Source: an uncultured Gemmatimonadales bacterium (lineage in GTDB: Bacteria; Gemmatimonadota; Gemmatimonadetes; Gemmatimonadales; Gemmatimonadaceae). Taken from it: a DNA stretch of 64,000 bases. This document shows, piece by piece, positions 21,179 to 31,985 of this stretch. The notes beneath the pieces were generated by a model. That model was not told where the DNA came from, did no database searches, and worked only from the letters and a program-made list of their open reading frames with translations. Both the position numbers and the translations under genes were made by a program. Each line of letters opens with the position of its first letter. Position 1 is the first letter of the stretch. The DNA is taken from assembly GCA_963701965.1 (NCBI GenBank), contig OY969695.1, positions 896,001 through 960,000 of the forward strand, in the 5' to 3' direction.

Positions 21179-22694
21179 GGTAGCCGGCGACCAGCGCCAA
21201 CGTGGACACGGCGGCCACACCGCCGATCCAGTCGCCCCATCGCACGTACGGTGTGATCACCGACGTCGTCTGCGCGTCGTACGTGCGCGCGGCCGGCACA
21301 AAGAGATCCGTGGCGCCGTGCACGCGGCCGAGGGGATCGACATACTCGGAGATGCCGGTGTTCGCCGCCCGCACAATGCCGATGCGATTTTCAATGGCGC
21401 GGAGCCGCAGATGGGCCACGTGTTGATAGGGCGCCATGCTGCGGCCGAACCACGCATCGTTGGTGATGTTGGCCAGCACGTCGGCGCCCGAGCGGCGATA
21501 GTGGCGGGCGAGATCGGGAAAGATCGACTCATAGCAAATGAGCACTCCCAGTCGCCCGAACGGCAGCTGGAAGGGCTCCGGGTCGACGCCACGCCCGAAG
21601 CCGCCGAAGTACTTGAGCCCCTCGAACCATCGCGGGTTCACGAACGGCACGCGCTCGACGATCGGGACCAGGTATTCTTTGTGATACGCGGGCTGGGCGC
21701 CGAGCTGTCCCGTCGAATCGGCCAGTTCGGCCGCGTTGAAATAGTCGTAGGACACCGGCGATAGCCAAGTCACGTCGAGCACGCCGAAGAGCAGCGGCGT
21801 ATGCGTCTCCGCGGCCAACGCCCGCAGGGAGTCGCGCCACTCGCCGTGGTTCGACAGAAAGTCCGGCAGCGACGCCTCGGGCCACACGATGAGCGCCGGC
21901 TTGGGCCCTCGAACCAGACCGGCCCGCGTGGCGCTGGCCATGATTCCCATGAAGCGCGGCCGGTTCGCCTCTTGGATCTTCTCGTCCTCGGGCACGTTCG
22001 GTTGGATCACGGCGATCGGCGCCAACGCGCGGAGCGGCGTAGTCGCGAGGCGCCACGTCCCATAGGCGTAGACCCCCGCGCCGAGCGCGAGGATGCCCGC
22101 TACTCGAACGGCCACGCGCCGTCGCGTGAGTATGGCATCCGCGATAAGCCCGTTGGTTATCGCGATCCAGGCCGTGAGACCGTGCACGCCGCTCAGATCA
22201 GCGAGTTGCGCGAAGTGGGGGAACGTGGAGACGGCGAGGCCCAGCGTGAGCCAGGGAAACGCCAGGTCGCCCAGATGCAGGAGGACGAGCTCGGAGCACA
22301 CCCAGACCGTGGGCAGGAGCACGGCGAAGGGCCAGCCCGTGAAGCGGCGGGCAGCCCAGAGCGCGGCGGTGGTCAGCGCGAACCAGGGCGCCAGCCAGAC
22401 CAACGCGGCCACGTAGCCCAGGCTCGCCAGCCACGTAAAGATCGACAGCGCGACCGCGATCCAGTAGAGATTGGCGCCGTACCCGAGGAGACCAAACCAC
22501 AGCCCCACGCGCGCCGCGCTGCCCGCCGTCGGCGCCCGATCCACGGCGACCGCCAGCGGCACGAGGCACACGAACGCCGGCACGAACAGGCGGAGCGGCG
22601 GAAACGCGAGCGCGAACAGCAGTGATGCGCCCACGGCCGCCGTGAGCTCCGCGCGCGACGGCCGGAGGACGCGACGCCGGGAGAGGCCGGTCAC
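21150..22694 (-). CDS. lnt: Apolipoprotein N-acyltransferase
   Basis: TM domain; WPEAS, K.YLVPIVE, LICYESIFP, NITNDAWFG, RAANTGIS. Confidence 0.96.
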   Translation of the reverse strand: MTGLSRRRVLRPSRAELTAAVGASLLFALAFPPLRLFVPAFVCLVPLAVAVDRAPTAGSAARVGLWFGLLGYGANLYWIAVALSIFTWLASLGYVAALVWLAPWFALTTAALWAARRFTGWPFAVLLPTVWVCSELVLLHLGDLAFPWLTLGLAVSTFPHFAQLADLSGVHGLTAWIAITNGLIADAILTRRRVAVRVAGILALGAGVYAYGTWRLATTPLRALAPIAVIQPNVPEDEKIQEANRPRFMGIMASATRAGLVRGPKPALIVWPEASLPDFLSNHGEWRDSLRALAAETHTPLLFGVLDVTWLSPVSYDYFNAAELADSTGQLGAQPAYHKEYLVPIVERVPFVNPRWFEGLKYFGGFGRGVDPEPFQLPFGRLGVLICYESIFPDLARHYRRSGADVLANITNDAWFGRSMAPYQHVAHLRLRAIENRIGIVRAANTGISEYVDPLGRVHGATDLFVPAARTYDAQTTSVITPYVRWGDWIGGVAAVSTLALVAGYLTSRRRARR

Positions 22695-23707
22695 AATTTG
22701 ATCTCTTTCTCCTCGTCCGCCGACCGGTAGATCGCTTCGACGATCCGGTGTACCGTGAGCTGATCCGTCGGCGCCTCGTGCTTGATCTCGCCGCGCACGA
22801 CGGCCACGAGATGCGCCAGCTCGGCGCGATACGACTGGATGAACACACTCTCGCGGGCGGCGGCTCCGGTGGGGGAGACGTCCGTCGGCCGGCCATTGAG
22901 GGACTTGATGACGCGGAGCGGCGACAAACGCGCGCTGCCGCGCGTCGACAGCACCTCGAACCACCACCGCTCTTCTTCACCCACGTAATTCCACGACAGA
23001 TCGAACGAGAGCGACACGCCCTGCGTGCACTCCAGGTGCACGAGCATGGTGTCCTCTACGGTGTGGACGCCGCGGCCGCGCTCCATATGGGCCGTCACCC
23101 GCACCGGATCGGGAAAATCCGCCAACCACAGGGCCAGATCCAGCAGCGGCACGCCGTGCTCGAAGAACACGCCGCCCCCGGCCTCGGCCCGCCGCGAACG
23201 CCAGCCGTCGGTCGGCCGCGCCAGCTGGTAGGATCCGGAGCGAACGCCGAAGAGGCGGCCCAACTCGCCACCCGCCATGAAGCAATGCAGCGCTTGGACA
23301 TCGCTCCGGAATCAATGGTTGTTGGCGACGACGATCGCCCGGTCGGCGCGGTCCGACGCGGCCAGGATCCGCTCCACGCCACGGGCCGTGAGGGCCAGCG
23401 GGCGTTCGCAGAGCACGTGCACCTTGGCCGCCAACGCCCGGAGGACGTGCGGCTCGTGCAGGTGGTTCGGCGTCGCGATGATGACCGCGTCCAGCTCGTC
23501 GAACTCCAGCAAGTCGTCGATATCCGTGAAGACGTCGCGGACTTGAAAGCGGTCGGCGAGCGCGCGGGCCTTGGGTCCATCGCTGTCGCACAAGGCGACG
23601 ACTTCGACGCCGCGCATCTTGGCCAGGACCGGCAGGTGGGCCAGCTGGGCGATGGCGCCGACGCCGAGAAGGGCAATGCGGGTCGGTGCGGGGGTCGTCG
23701 GGCTCAC
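22691..23707 (-). CDS. Gfo/Idh/MocA oxidoreductase (in-frame TGA at 23312-23314)
   Basis: GVGAIAQLAHLP, ATPNHLH, VLCERPLA; NNH-TGA-FR where NHRFR is expected; frame continues. Confidence 0.88.
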
Positions 23708-24450
23708 CGTTGCCGCTCCGGTCCGAAGAGATAGCGTCCGCCGGCGCGCAGTGTGCCGAAGCGGTCCCCGCTCAGGAGATCATAGCGGGCCTGGCCGTCG
23801 GCAATGAGCCACGAGGCGAGCCGCACCTCGAGGCCGACGGCGCCGGCCACCCCTGGTGAAAAGCCATCCAACGTGTGCTCGACGATCGTGCCGCGGATCG
23901 CCGCACCGGATGCGTCCTGCACATGCGTGGCGACGCCGGCCGTGAGGTACGGCCGGAGGAAGCTCTGCGCGCGCAACGGCGAGAACCGGAGGTCGATGCT
24001 CAGGACCACGTCGGAAATCGAGATCTTCTGATAGCGCAGCGAGTCAGTCGGGCTCGGGTTGATCACACTGTTCCGGTAGATGGTGTTGATCAAGGTGTGC
24101 ACGGCCGCATCGGTGTACCGCGAGGACCATACGGCCGCTCCGACGAACAACCGCCAGTGCGGGATGATCTCACCGTAGTCGGCCTCCACGGAATATGTCG
24201 CGGCGGGCTCGATTTGCAGGGGCGAGACCACCCCTCCGGTCACCCCAATGCCATCCAGGCGGAGCTTGTCCAGGTTCAGGTACTGGATCAGCGACGGCTT
24301 TTTGTGCGCCGTGGTATCCCTGGCGGTCGTGTCGCGGGCCGTCGTGTCGCGCCGCGCTACGCTGTCGCGATGGCTGGTGGTGTCCTGCGCGCCGGCCACC
24401 CTCGTGAGCACGCAAACGGCGCCAAGCGACAGGCTAGTCCACAGTCGCAA
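23704..24450 (-). CDS. Exported outer-membrane beta-barrel-like protein
   Basis: Signal peptide, RDTTA repeats, alternating beta strands, RPYLTAG. Confidence 0.6.
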   Translation of the reverse strand: MRLWTSLSLGAVCVLTRVAGAQDTTSHRDSVARRDTTARDTTARDTTAHKKPSLIQYLNLDKLRLDGIGVTGGVVSPLQIEPAATYSVEADYGEIIPHWRLFVGAAVWSSRYTDAAVHTLINTIYRNSVINPSPTDSLRYQKISISDVVLSIDLRFSPLRAQSFLRPYLTAGVATHVQDASGAAIRGTIVEHTLDGFSPGVAGAVGLEVRLASWLIADGQARYDLLSGDRFGTLRAGGRYLFGPERQR

Positions 24451-25639
24451 GCGTCGTCCCCGGGTAGTACGTCGCGAGGATCGTCTCGTAGCCCTGACCG
24501 GCGCGCGCGCGTCCGATGGCCCCGGCCTGGCACATGCCGACCCCGTGGCCGTTGCCGAACCCACGCAGGGTGAGCGAAGCGACATGATTGTCGGCGCCCA
24601 AGTCGGTCTCCGCGACAAAGTAGGTGCTGTTCAGAATCTCGCCGCCCGGCGACCGCAGCACAAAGCGAATATCGTTGCCGCGGAACCGGTACCGGTCGTG
24701 GTCCGTGATGACGGTCAGCGCCGGGATGCGGCCGGAGACACCGGGCGATTCAGCGACCACGGTACGCACCGCACCGACGACGGACGGCCGTTGATGGAGG
24801 TACTGCGCGAGAAGGTTCGCGAGCTCCCTCCCGCTGAACTGACGGGTCCACCGGAACTTGGACGAGCCATCGCAATAGAACCGATCGGTGCCCGGCACCC
24901 GGTCACTGACCGGCCGCAAGTAGGGCTGGTCGCCCTCCTTCCAGACTTCCGACGCCGCGGCCGTGCTGCCGCCGCAGGCGGCGAAATACGGCGCGTTGAC
25001 AATGCGGCCGCCGTACGAGATCACCTCCCGCGCCGTCGCCCGCACGGCCTCGTCACCGAGGCGGGACTCGCCGCTGACCCCGCCGTAGACCTGGTCGGTG
25101 GTCGTCGCGACGAGGTCGAACGGCCGACGGACCAGATCCGGGTCGGCGAGCCGGACGTAGGTATAGCTGCGGGCGGCCACGGCCTGGGCTTCCATCGCCG
25201 CCAGCTCGCCGTCGGTGATCACCCCCAGCTCGAGCGGGATGACGCCGCGCAGGTAGTCCTCGACCGGGAGACGGTTGACGACGAGGAGGCCCTCGCTGGT
25301 CGCGCGGATCTCGAGCTCGCCGCGATAGCGGTGGCCGTCCCACGTGATGAACACGTCATCGGTGGCGGGCCGCGCGATGAGGGGGCCGCTCCGCGTGGCC
25401 GTCTCCCCGCTTTCGTTCGTGACGCGGAGTTTGCCGCCGCGCCGGGTCACGGTCCAGACGCCGCGGCCTGTTCCCCGCACCAGCGTCTTGGTGCCGCCAG
25501 ACTGCAGCAGGAGCCACGTCCCGGTGGCCGAGACGGTGCCCTCACGCGCTCCATTGGCCAGCGCAATGCGCACCAGGTGCTGGGCGGCGGGCGCCGGGGC
25601 CGTGCTGACCGCCCAGGCGAGTGCGGCTACGGCGCGCAC
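24434..25639 (-). CDS. SpoIID/LytB domain protein
   Basis: YRGELEI, VNRLPVEDYLRGVIPLE, AQAVAARSY, DQVYGG, GFGNGHGVGMCQAGA. Confidence 0.93.
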   Translation of the reverse strand: MRAVAALAWAVSTAPAPAAQHLVRIALANGAREGTVSATGTWLLLQSGGTKTLVRGTGRGVWTVTRRGGKLRVTNESGETATRSGPLIARPATDDVFITWDGHRYRGELEIRATSEGLLVVNRLPVEDYLRGVIPLELGVITDGELAAMEAQAVAARSYTYVRLADPDLVRRPFDLVATTTDQVYGGVSGESRLGDEAVRATAREVISYGGRIVNAPYFAACGGSTAAASEVWKEGDQPYLRPVSDRVPGTDRFYCDGSSKFRWTRQFSGRELANLLAQYLHQRPSVVGAVRTVVAESPGVSGRIPALTVITDHDRYRFRGNDIRFVLRSPGGEILNSTYFVAETDLGADNHVASLTLRGFGNGHGVGMCQAGAIGRARAGQGYETILATYYPGTTLATVD

Positions 25640-26913
25640 ATAGCAGCGTCGAAGCGATCCAGCGTTTCGCCGATCTCGTCGGGACCATGCGCCGCCGAAA
25701 CGAAACCGGCCTCGAAGGCCGAAGGCGCCAAATAGACGCCACGATCCAGCAACGCGTGGAACACGCGCGCGTAGCGTGCGGTGTCCGACTGCTTCGCGTC
25801 GGCGAACGAGCGCACGGGTCCCTGGTGAAAGAAGAATCCCCACATCGACCCGGCGGCACCCACCGTGAACGGTACGCCGTGCCGGGCGGCGACCTCGCCG
25901 AGGCCCCGGACCAAGTCCGCGGTGCGCCGCGCGATCCGCTCGTGGAGCGCGGGGGTCAACGCGCGGAGCGTCGCGAGGCCCGCGGCCATGGCCAGCGGAT
26001 TCCCCGAGAGCGTCCCCGCCTGGTACATGGGCCCCGATGGGGCGACGCGCTCCATGAGATCCCGTTTGCCGCCGAAGACAGCGACGGGAAGGCCGCCGCC
26101 AATGACTTTGCCCAGCGTGGTGAGATCGGCGGTGACGCCGAACCGTTCGCGGGCGCCGCCGGGCGCGATGCGAAACCCGGTCATGACTTCGTCGAAGATG
26201 AGCACGGCGTCCGTGCGGTCGGCGATCGCGCGCAGACCCGGGAGAAATTCCGGCAGCGGCTCGATGTAGCCGGCGTTCCCCACCACGGGCTCGACGATGA
26301 TCGCGGCCAGCGAGTCCGCGTAGCGCGCGGCCAACGCCTCCACGGCCGGCAGGTCATTGAACGGCGCGGTCAACGTCAGCTCGGCCAGCGCGGCGGGCAC
26401 GCCGGGGGAGTTGGGAAGACCGAGCGTGGCGACGCCCGATCCGGCCTTCACCAGAAAAGAGTCGGCATGGCCGTGGTAGCACCCGTCGAACTTGAGCACG
26501 CGATCCCGGCCCGTCGCGGCGCGGGCCAGCCGCAGGGCCGACATGGTCGCTTCGGTGCCGCTGGAGACGAAACGCAGCATCTCGAGGTGGGGCATCCGCT
26601 CCCGAATGAGGAGCGCCAGGTCGAGCTCGAGCCCCGTGGGGATGCCAAAGCTTGTCCCCCGCGCCATCACGTCCGCCAACGCATCCAACACTACCGGCGG
26701 CGCGTGGCCGAGTACGAGCGGTCCCCAGGACAGCACGAAGTCGATATAGGAGCGCCCGTCGACGTCCCAGATTCTCGGACCTTCGCCCCTGGCCACGACA
26801 AAGGGCTCGCCGCCTACCCCGCGAAACGCACGCACCGGGGAGTTCACGCCGCCGGGGAAAATCTCCCGCGCGCGGGCCATCAACTCGGCCGAGCGACGAC
26901 CCGCCTCGCTCAC
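25627..26913 (-). CDS. hemL: Glutamate-1-semialdehyde 2,1-aminomutase
   Basis: PGGVNSPVRAF, SSGTEATMSA, FDEVMTGFR, LGKVIGGGLP, QAGTLSGNP. Confidence 0.97.
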   Translation of the reverse strand: MSEAGRRSAELMARAREIFPGGVNSPVRAFRGVGGEPFVVARGEGPRIWDVDGRSYIDFVLSWGPLVLGHAPPVVLDALADVMARGTSFGIPTGLELDLALLIRERMPHLEMLRFVSSGTEATMSALRLARAATGRDRVLKFDGCYHGHADSFLVKAGSGVATLGLPNSPGVPAALAELTLTAPFNDLPAVEALAARYADSLAAIIVEPVVGNAGYIEPLPEFLPGLRAIADRTDAVLIFDEVMTGFRIAPGGARERFGVTADLTTLGKVIGGGLPVAVFGGKRDLMERVAPSGPMYQAGTLSGNPLAMAAGLATLRALTPALHERIARRTADLVRGLGEVAARHGVPFTVGAAGSMWGFFFHQGPVRSFADAKQSDTARYARVFHALLDRGVYLAPSAFEAGFVSAAHGPDEIGETLDRFDAAMCAP

Positions 26914-28286
26914 CGGCCCCAGCTCCCGAGCGTCGGCAGTGCCCGCCCCAGGCGGGGCGCGCTCGCCGCCTCCGGCGGCGCCGCGTCGAGTACGCGTGTC
27001 ATCGTGGCGGCGAAATCATAGTCGTCCACGACCTCGTCGACCCGCACCTCAATGATCGTCCCGGGCGCCATCGGTTCCGGGATCGAGACACTGGTCCCAC
27101 CGTCGATATCATCCGCCTGCCAGGGGAGACGCGCGGAGACGGCGGAGCCGTCGACGCGATCCACGATCGCGGCGACCGTCCGGCCCAGCCGCCGCTCGTA
27201 TCGCTCCCCGGTGAGCGCCCGTTGCAGCTCCGTGAGGCGCTCCAGCCGCTCGCGTTTGAGCGCATCGGGGACATCGTCCGGCAGCTCCGCGGCGCGCGTG
27301 CCTTCTTGGGCCGAATACGTGAACGCACCCACGCGTTCGAACTGCACGTCCTCCAGCAGGTCGAGCAGACGCTGGAAGTCGTCGTCCGTCTCTCCGGGAA
27401 ATCCCACGATGCACGTGGTCCGGATCGCGACGTCGGGCACCGCTTCGCGGGCCCGGCCGACGGTGCGCCGGATGCTCTCCGCGCGCTCGGGCCGCCGCAT
27501 GCGCGCCAGCACGGCGTCGGAGCCGTGCTGGATGGGCATGTCGAGATACGGCACGATGCGCCCGTGCCGCGCCACCCGTTCGAGCAGCGCGGGCGTGATG
27601 CCGGCCGAGTAGAGATACAGCATCCGGATCCACGGCACGCCGGTCTCGTCGACCAGGGCGTCGAGCAGTTCCGGCAGGCGCACGCCGTCCCGCCGGTCGC
27701 GTCCGTAGTGCGCCAGATCCTGGGCGACCAGGTTGATCTCGCGGGCGCCTTGCAGCTCCAGCAACTGCGCCTCGCGTATCACATCGGCCAGCGCGAAGGA
27801 TCGGTGCCGGCCGCGCATGAGCGGGATGGCGCAGAAGGCGCACCCGTGATCGCATCCCTCGCTGGCTTTGAGGTACCGGACGTGCGGCAGCTCCCCGGTG
27901 AATATCCGCTCGCCCGGATGGTCGGCGGCGTCCAGCAGACCGCGCGCCTTGAGCTCCGGCACCAGGCGCTCGGATTCGCCGGCGCCCAAGAACAGATCCA
28001 CTTCCGGCAGGGCTTCGATCAGCTCGGCCTTGTGGCGTTGGACCATGCAACCAACGGCGATGACGGCTTGGCAGGTCCCGGCGGATTTTTGGTGCGAGGC
28101 GGCGACGATGGCGTCGATCGACTCTTTCTTGGCGGCGTCAATGAACCCGCAGGTATTGACGATGATCACATCGGCGTCGGCCGGCGACGCGACGATCTCG
28201 GCGCCATGGGCCACGAGCTCGCCCAGATACCGCTCGCTGTCGACCGTGTTCTTGTCGCAGCCGAGCGTGACTAACCCGACTCGCAT
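26910..28286 (-). CDS. rimO: Ribosomal protein S12 methylthiotransferase
   Basis: LGCDKNTVDSE, NTCGFI, CDHGCAFC radical SAM motif, TRAM domain. Confidence 0.95.
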   Translation of the reverse strand: MRVGLVTLGCDKNTVDSERYLGELVAHGAEIVASPADADVIIVNTCGFIDAAKKESIDAIVAASHQKSAGTCQAVIAVGCMVQRHKAELIEALPEVDLFLGAGESERLVPELKARGLLDAADHPGERIFTGELPHVRYLKASEGCDHGCAFCAIPLMRGRHRSFALADVIREAQLLELQGAREINLVAQDLAHYGRDRRDGVRLPELLDALVDETGVPWIRMLYLYSAGITPALLERVARHGRIVPYLDMPIQHGSDAVLARMRRPERAESIRRTVGRAREAVPDVAIRTTCIVGFPGETDDDFQRLLDLLEDVQFERVGAFTYSAQEGTRAAELPDDVPDALKRERLERLTELQRALTGERYERRLGRTVAAIVDRVDGSAVSARLPWQADDIDGGTSVSIPEPMAPGTIIEVRVDEVVDDYDFAATMTRVLDAAPPEAASAPRLGRALPTLGSWGR

Positions 28287-28790
28287 TCAGCGGTAGTTTC
28301 CGAACTTGAGCTCGACGCCGAATTCCTTGCCGCGCAGGAGCGCGATCGCTTCCTGCAGCTCGTCCTTGGACGGCGACGAGATGCGCACCTGGTCCCCTTG
28401 AATCGACGCCTGGACTTTTTTCATCTTGGCGTCTTTGATGACGGCCACGACTTTCTTCGCCGTGTCGCTATCGAGGACCGTCTTGAGCTTGATCTCGCGA
28501 CGGACCGTATCGTTGCCCGCCGGTTTGACTTCGCCAATGTCGAGGTTCTTCACGGGCACGCCGCGCTTGATGAGCTTGGACTGGAGCACGTCGAAGAGCG
28601 CCGTCATCCGGAAGTCATCGTCGGCCACCAGGACCAACATGTTCTCGGCGCGCTTGAACGCGATCGAGACCTTGGTGCCCTTGAAGTCGTAGCGCTGCGC
28701 GATCTCTTTCTGCGTCTGGTTGACGGCGTTGTCGACCTCTTGCAGGTCGACGCCGGTCGTCACGTCGAACGAGCTCGCGGTCGACGCCAC
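28287..28790 (-). CDS. yajQ: YajQ family nucleotide-binding protein
   Basis: SFDV..VDLQEVDNA, RYDFKG, KVQASIQGDQVR, FGNYR. Confidence 0.95.
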   Translation of the reverse strand: MASTASSFDVTTGVDLQEVDNAVNQTQKEIAQRYDFKGTKVSIAFKRAENMLVLVADDDFRMTALFDVLQSKLIKRGVPVKNLDIGEVKPAGNDTVRREIKLKTVLDSDTAKKVVAVIKDAKMKKVQASIQGDQVRISSPSKDELQEAIALLRGKEFGVELKFGNYR

Positions 28791-28792
28791 GG

Positions 28793-29650
28793 TCAGCCCA
28801 GATACGATTCGAGCGCGCGGGCGCGGCTCACGTGCCGCAACCGCGAGAGCGCCTTCTCCTTGATCTGCCGCACCCGCTCGCGGGTGATCCCCATCAACGA
28901 GCCGATCTGCTCCAGCGTCATCGGCTCCTCCCCATCCAGACCGAAATACAGACGAAGAATCTTCGACTCGCGCTCCTTGAGGCCGGCCAGGGCCTCTTCA
29001 ATGGATTCGGTGAGGGCTTTCTCGAACGTCTGCTCGTCGGGCGTCGGATTGAGGGTGTCCGGCAGATAGTCGAGCAGCCGGTTGTCCTCGCCCGGAGTGA
29101 GCGGCGCATCCAGCGAGAGGTGCGTCTGCGAGATCGCCATCGTCTTCGCGACTTCCTCTTCCGTGATGTCCATGCCCTCGGCGATCTCTTCGTGCGTGGG
29201 CTCGCGTCCCAGCTCCTGCAGCAACGCGCTGGCCCGCTTGCCAATGCGGTGCAGCGTGCCGGCGCGATTGAGCGGCACGCGCACGATGCGGGACTGCTCG
29301 GCCAGGGCTTGCAGGATCGCCTGCCGGATCCACCACACGGCGTAGGAGATGAACTTGATGCCCTTCGTCTCGTCGAACTTGTGCGCGGCGCGGATCAAGC
29401 CGAGGTTGCCCTCGTTGATCAGGTCGGACAGGGCCACGCCCTGGTTCTGATATTTCTTGGCCACCGACACGACGAACCGCAGATTGGACCGCACGAGCTT
29501 GTCGAGCGCGTCCTGATCGTCCTTCCGGATGGCCTGCGCGAGTCGCACTTCGTCGTCACGCGAGATCAGCGGATAGACGCTGATGTCGCGGAGATACTGA
29601 TCGAGCGACCCCTCTTCGTACGACGTTTTCTTGTTCTTCGTCGCTGCCAT
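28793..29650 (-). CDS. Sigma70 RpoD/SigA-family factor lacking region 1.1
   Basis: SNLRFVVSVAKKY, DLINEGNLGL, KFISYAVWWIRQAI, TLEQIG...TRERVRQI. Confidence 0.95.
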   Translation of the reverse strand: MAATKNKKTSYEEGSLDQYLRDISVYPLISRDDEVRLAQAIRKDDQDALDKLVRSNLRFVVSVAKKYQNQGVALSDLINEGNLGLIRAAHKFDETKGIKFISYAVWWIRQAILQALAEQSRIVRVPLNRAGTLHRIGKRASALLQELGREPTHEEIAEGMDITEEEVAKTMAISQTHLSLDAPLTPGEDNRLLDYLPDTLNPTPDEQTFEKALTESIEEALAGLKERESKILRLYFGLDGEEPMTLEQIGSLMGITRERVRQIKEKALSRLRHVSRARALESYLG

Positions 29651-29681
29651 ACTGCCAACCGCTCCTTGATGCGTCGCGTCC

Positions 29682-30434
29682 TCAGTCGATCCGTTCACCG
29701 ATCCGCCGCCAGCGAATGCGCGTCAACCACGCGAACGCCCGTGCCGTGTCCGGCTGATAGCTGTAGTAGACAAAAATCGGCCGCCCGCGGATCAGTGAGT
29801 CAGGCACGAATCCCCAGAACCGGCTGTCCAGCGAGTTGTCGCGGTTGTCCCCGAGCACGAAGTAGCTCTTCTCGGGGACGACTATGGGACCCCAGTTGTT
29901 ACTCGACGGGTGGTCGATGGCGCCACCCTCGGCAGTCTTCACCAAGTAGCTTGCCTGCCACTTGAAATCTCGGTCATCGTTGTCCGCGCCCGGCTCTTCG
30001 TGCACGACGTACGATTCAGTGACAGCCTTACTGTCCCGATACAACACACCGTCCTTCATCGCCAGCGTGTCGCCCGGGATACCGACGAGGCGTTTCACGA
30101 AATTCTTCGACGGATCGACCGGATATTGGAAAACGATCACTTCGCCGCGCGCGGGCTTCTGTAACGCGGGGAGGCGCTTGCTGGTGAGCGGGACTTCGGC
30201 CCCGTAGACCAGCTTGTTGACGAGCAGGAAGTCACCCACGAGCAGGGTGTGCTCCATACTCCCCGTGGGGATCTTGAAGGCTTCGACGAAGAACTGGCGA
30301 ACGATCAGGAAGAGAAAAACCGCGATGATGAAGGAACGGGCCCAGTCCCACGCCAGGCGCCACGGCAATCCCTTCCTATTGAGGCGGCGCAGCGCTTCCT
30401 GGCGCATCTGGGGAGAGATCGCACGCTCGCTCAC
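29682..30434 (-). CDS. lepB: Signal peptidase I
   Basis: IPTGSMEHTLLVGD, FVKRLVG.PGD, LGDNRDNSLDSRFWG. Confidence 0.96.
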   Translation of the reverse strand: MSERAISPQMRQEALRRLNRKGLPWRLAWDWARSFIIAVFLFLIVRQFFVEAFKIPTGSMEHTLLVGDFLLVNKLVYGAEVPLTSKRLPALQKPARGEVIVFQYPVDPSKNFVKRLVGIPGDTLAMKDGVLYRDSKAVTESYVVHEEPGADNDDRDFKWQASYLVKTAEGGAIDHPSSNNWGPIVVPEKSYFVLGDNRDNSLDSRFWGFVPDSLIRGRPIFVYYSYQPDTARAFAWLTRIRWRRIGERID

Positions 30435-30488
30435 TGCACCTCCATCATGGCTCAATTAATCCGACGCCTCTGGCAAATTCAAGTGAAC

Positions 30489-31985
30489 TCAATCGGGCGT
30501 ACCCAGATACGTGTCGATCTGCGCGCGCTGCAGCGTGCCGGAAAAGTCGACGTAGCCGACTTTCGTCTCCGAATAAAAGTCGTACACCTCCCAGCCGCCT
30601 TCCCGATGGCCGTTCCCGGTCTGCTTGACCCCGCCGAATGGCAGGTGCGCCTCGGCGCCGATGGTCGGGGCATTGATGTACGTGATCCCGTTGTCCAACT
30701 CCGACAACGCCCGGAAGGCCAAGTTCACATCCCGTGTGTACAACGATGAGGACAGGCCGTAGGCCACGTCGTTATTGACCGCAAAGGCGTCATCCGCGGT
30801 CTCCACCCGAATCACCGAGAGCACGGGCCCGAAAATCTCCTCCTGCTCCAAGCGCGTCCCCGGTTTGACGCCCACGAATATCGTCGGACGATAGAACCAC
30901 CCGCAGTCGAGCCCTGCGCCGTCGGCCCGCTCCCCGCCCAGCGCCAGCTCAGCGCCCTGATCCCTGCCGATCTGAACGTACCGCTCGACCTTCTCGCGCG
31001 ACGCGGCGTGAATCAGCGGGCCGACGTCGGTGCCCTTCGTGCGACCGTCCCCCAGCACCAACTTCCCGGCCTGCTCGGCCAACCGGGCCACGAACCGGTC
31101 GTGAATGCCCCGCTGCAGAATGAGGCGCGACGTCGCCGTGCATCGCTGACCAGTGGTCCCGAACGCGCCCCACAGGACACCCTCGAGCGCCAGGTCCAGG
31201 TCGGCATCGTCGAGCACGATCTGGGCGTTCTTGCCCCCCATCTCCAGCGAGAGCCGCTTATGCATCCGCCCGCACGTCTCGCCGACGATCCGGCCGGTCT
31301 CGGTCGAGCCGGTGAACGACACCGCGGCCACCGCGGGGTGATTGACAATGGCGGCCCCGACATCCCCCTCCCCGTGCACGAGCTGGATGACATCGGGCGG
31401 CAGCCCGGCTTCCAGCAGGATCTCGACCAGCATGGTCGCCGTGTGCGGCACATCCTCGGCGGGCTTGAAGACGCAGGCATTTCCGCACAGGAACGCCGGA
31501 AACATCTTCCAGGTCGGGATCGCCATCGGGAAGTTGAACGGCGTGATGATGCCGACGACGCCGATGGGGCGCCGGTAGCTCATCGCCCACTTGGCTTTGA
31601 GCTCGCTGGGCACGGTGCGACCGAACAGCTGCCGCCCCATGGTCGCCGCGTAGTACGCGGTGTCGATGCCCTCTTGGACATCGCCCCGCGTCTCGGTCAG
31701 CGGCTTGCCCATCTCCCGGGTCATGAGATTGGCGATGTGCTCTTTCTTCCCGGTCATGAGATCGCCGACCCGCCGCAGCACGTCCCCACGCGCCGGCGCC
31801 GGCGTCTTGGACCACGCGGCGAAGCCACGCTGGGCCGATTGCACGGCGCGCTCGACGTCACCGGCCGTCGACTTGGGAAACCGCCCCACCACGTCGCGCG
31901 TGTCGGCGGGGTTCACATCGTCGAACGTCGCGCCGCCCGTGGCGTCGCGCCATTCGCCCGCGATGAAATTCTTGAATGCCTTCAT
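30489..31985 (-). CDS. Aldehyde dehydrogenase family protein
   Basis: ITPFNFP, FTGSTETG, LEMGGKN, GQRCTA, EEIFGPV, PFGGVKQTG. Confidence 0.96.
   Translation of the reverse strand: MKAFKNFIAGEWRDATGGATFDDVNPADTRDVVGRFPKSTAGDVERAVQSAQRGFAAWSKTPAPARGDVLRRVGDLMTGKKEHIANLMTREMGKPLTETRGDVQEGIDTAYYAATMGRQLFGRTVPSELKAKWAMSYRRPIGVVGIITPFNFPMAIPTWKMFPAFLCGNACVFKPAEDVPHTATMLVEILLEAGLPPDVIQLVHGEGDVGAAIVNHPAVAAVSFTGSTETGRIVGETCGRMHKRLSLEMGGKNAQIVLDDADLDLALEGVLWGAFGTTGQRCTATSRLILQRGIHDRFVARLAEQAGKLVLGDGRTKGTDVGPLIHAASREKVERYVQIGRDQGAELALGGERADGAGLDCGWFYRPTIFVGVKPGTRLEQEEIFGPVLSVIRVETADDAFAVNNDVAYGLSSSLYTRDVNLAFRALSELDNGITYINAPTIGAEAHLPFGGVKQTGNGHREGGWEVYDFYSETKVGYVDFSGTLQRAQIDTYLGTPD

Noticed and set aside
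23312..23314. In-frame TGA as selenocysteine or stop-codon reassignment
   Set aside because: The position corresponds to Arg in NHRFR (CGA to TGA), and TGA is a normal stop elsewhere; a point mutation or read error is simpler.
24320..24365. RDTTA tandem repeats
   Set aside because: Low-complexity linker after a signal peptide.
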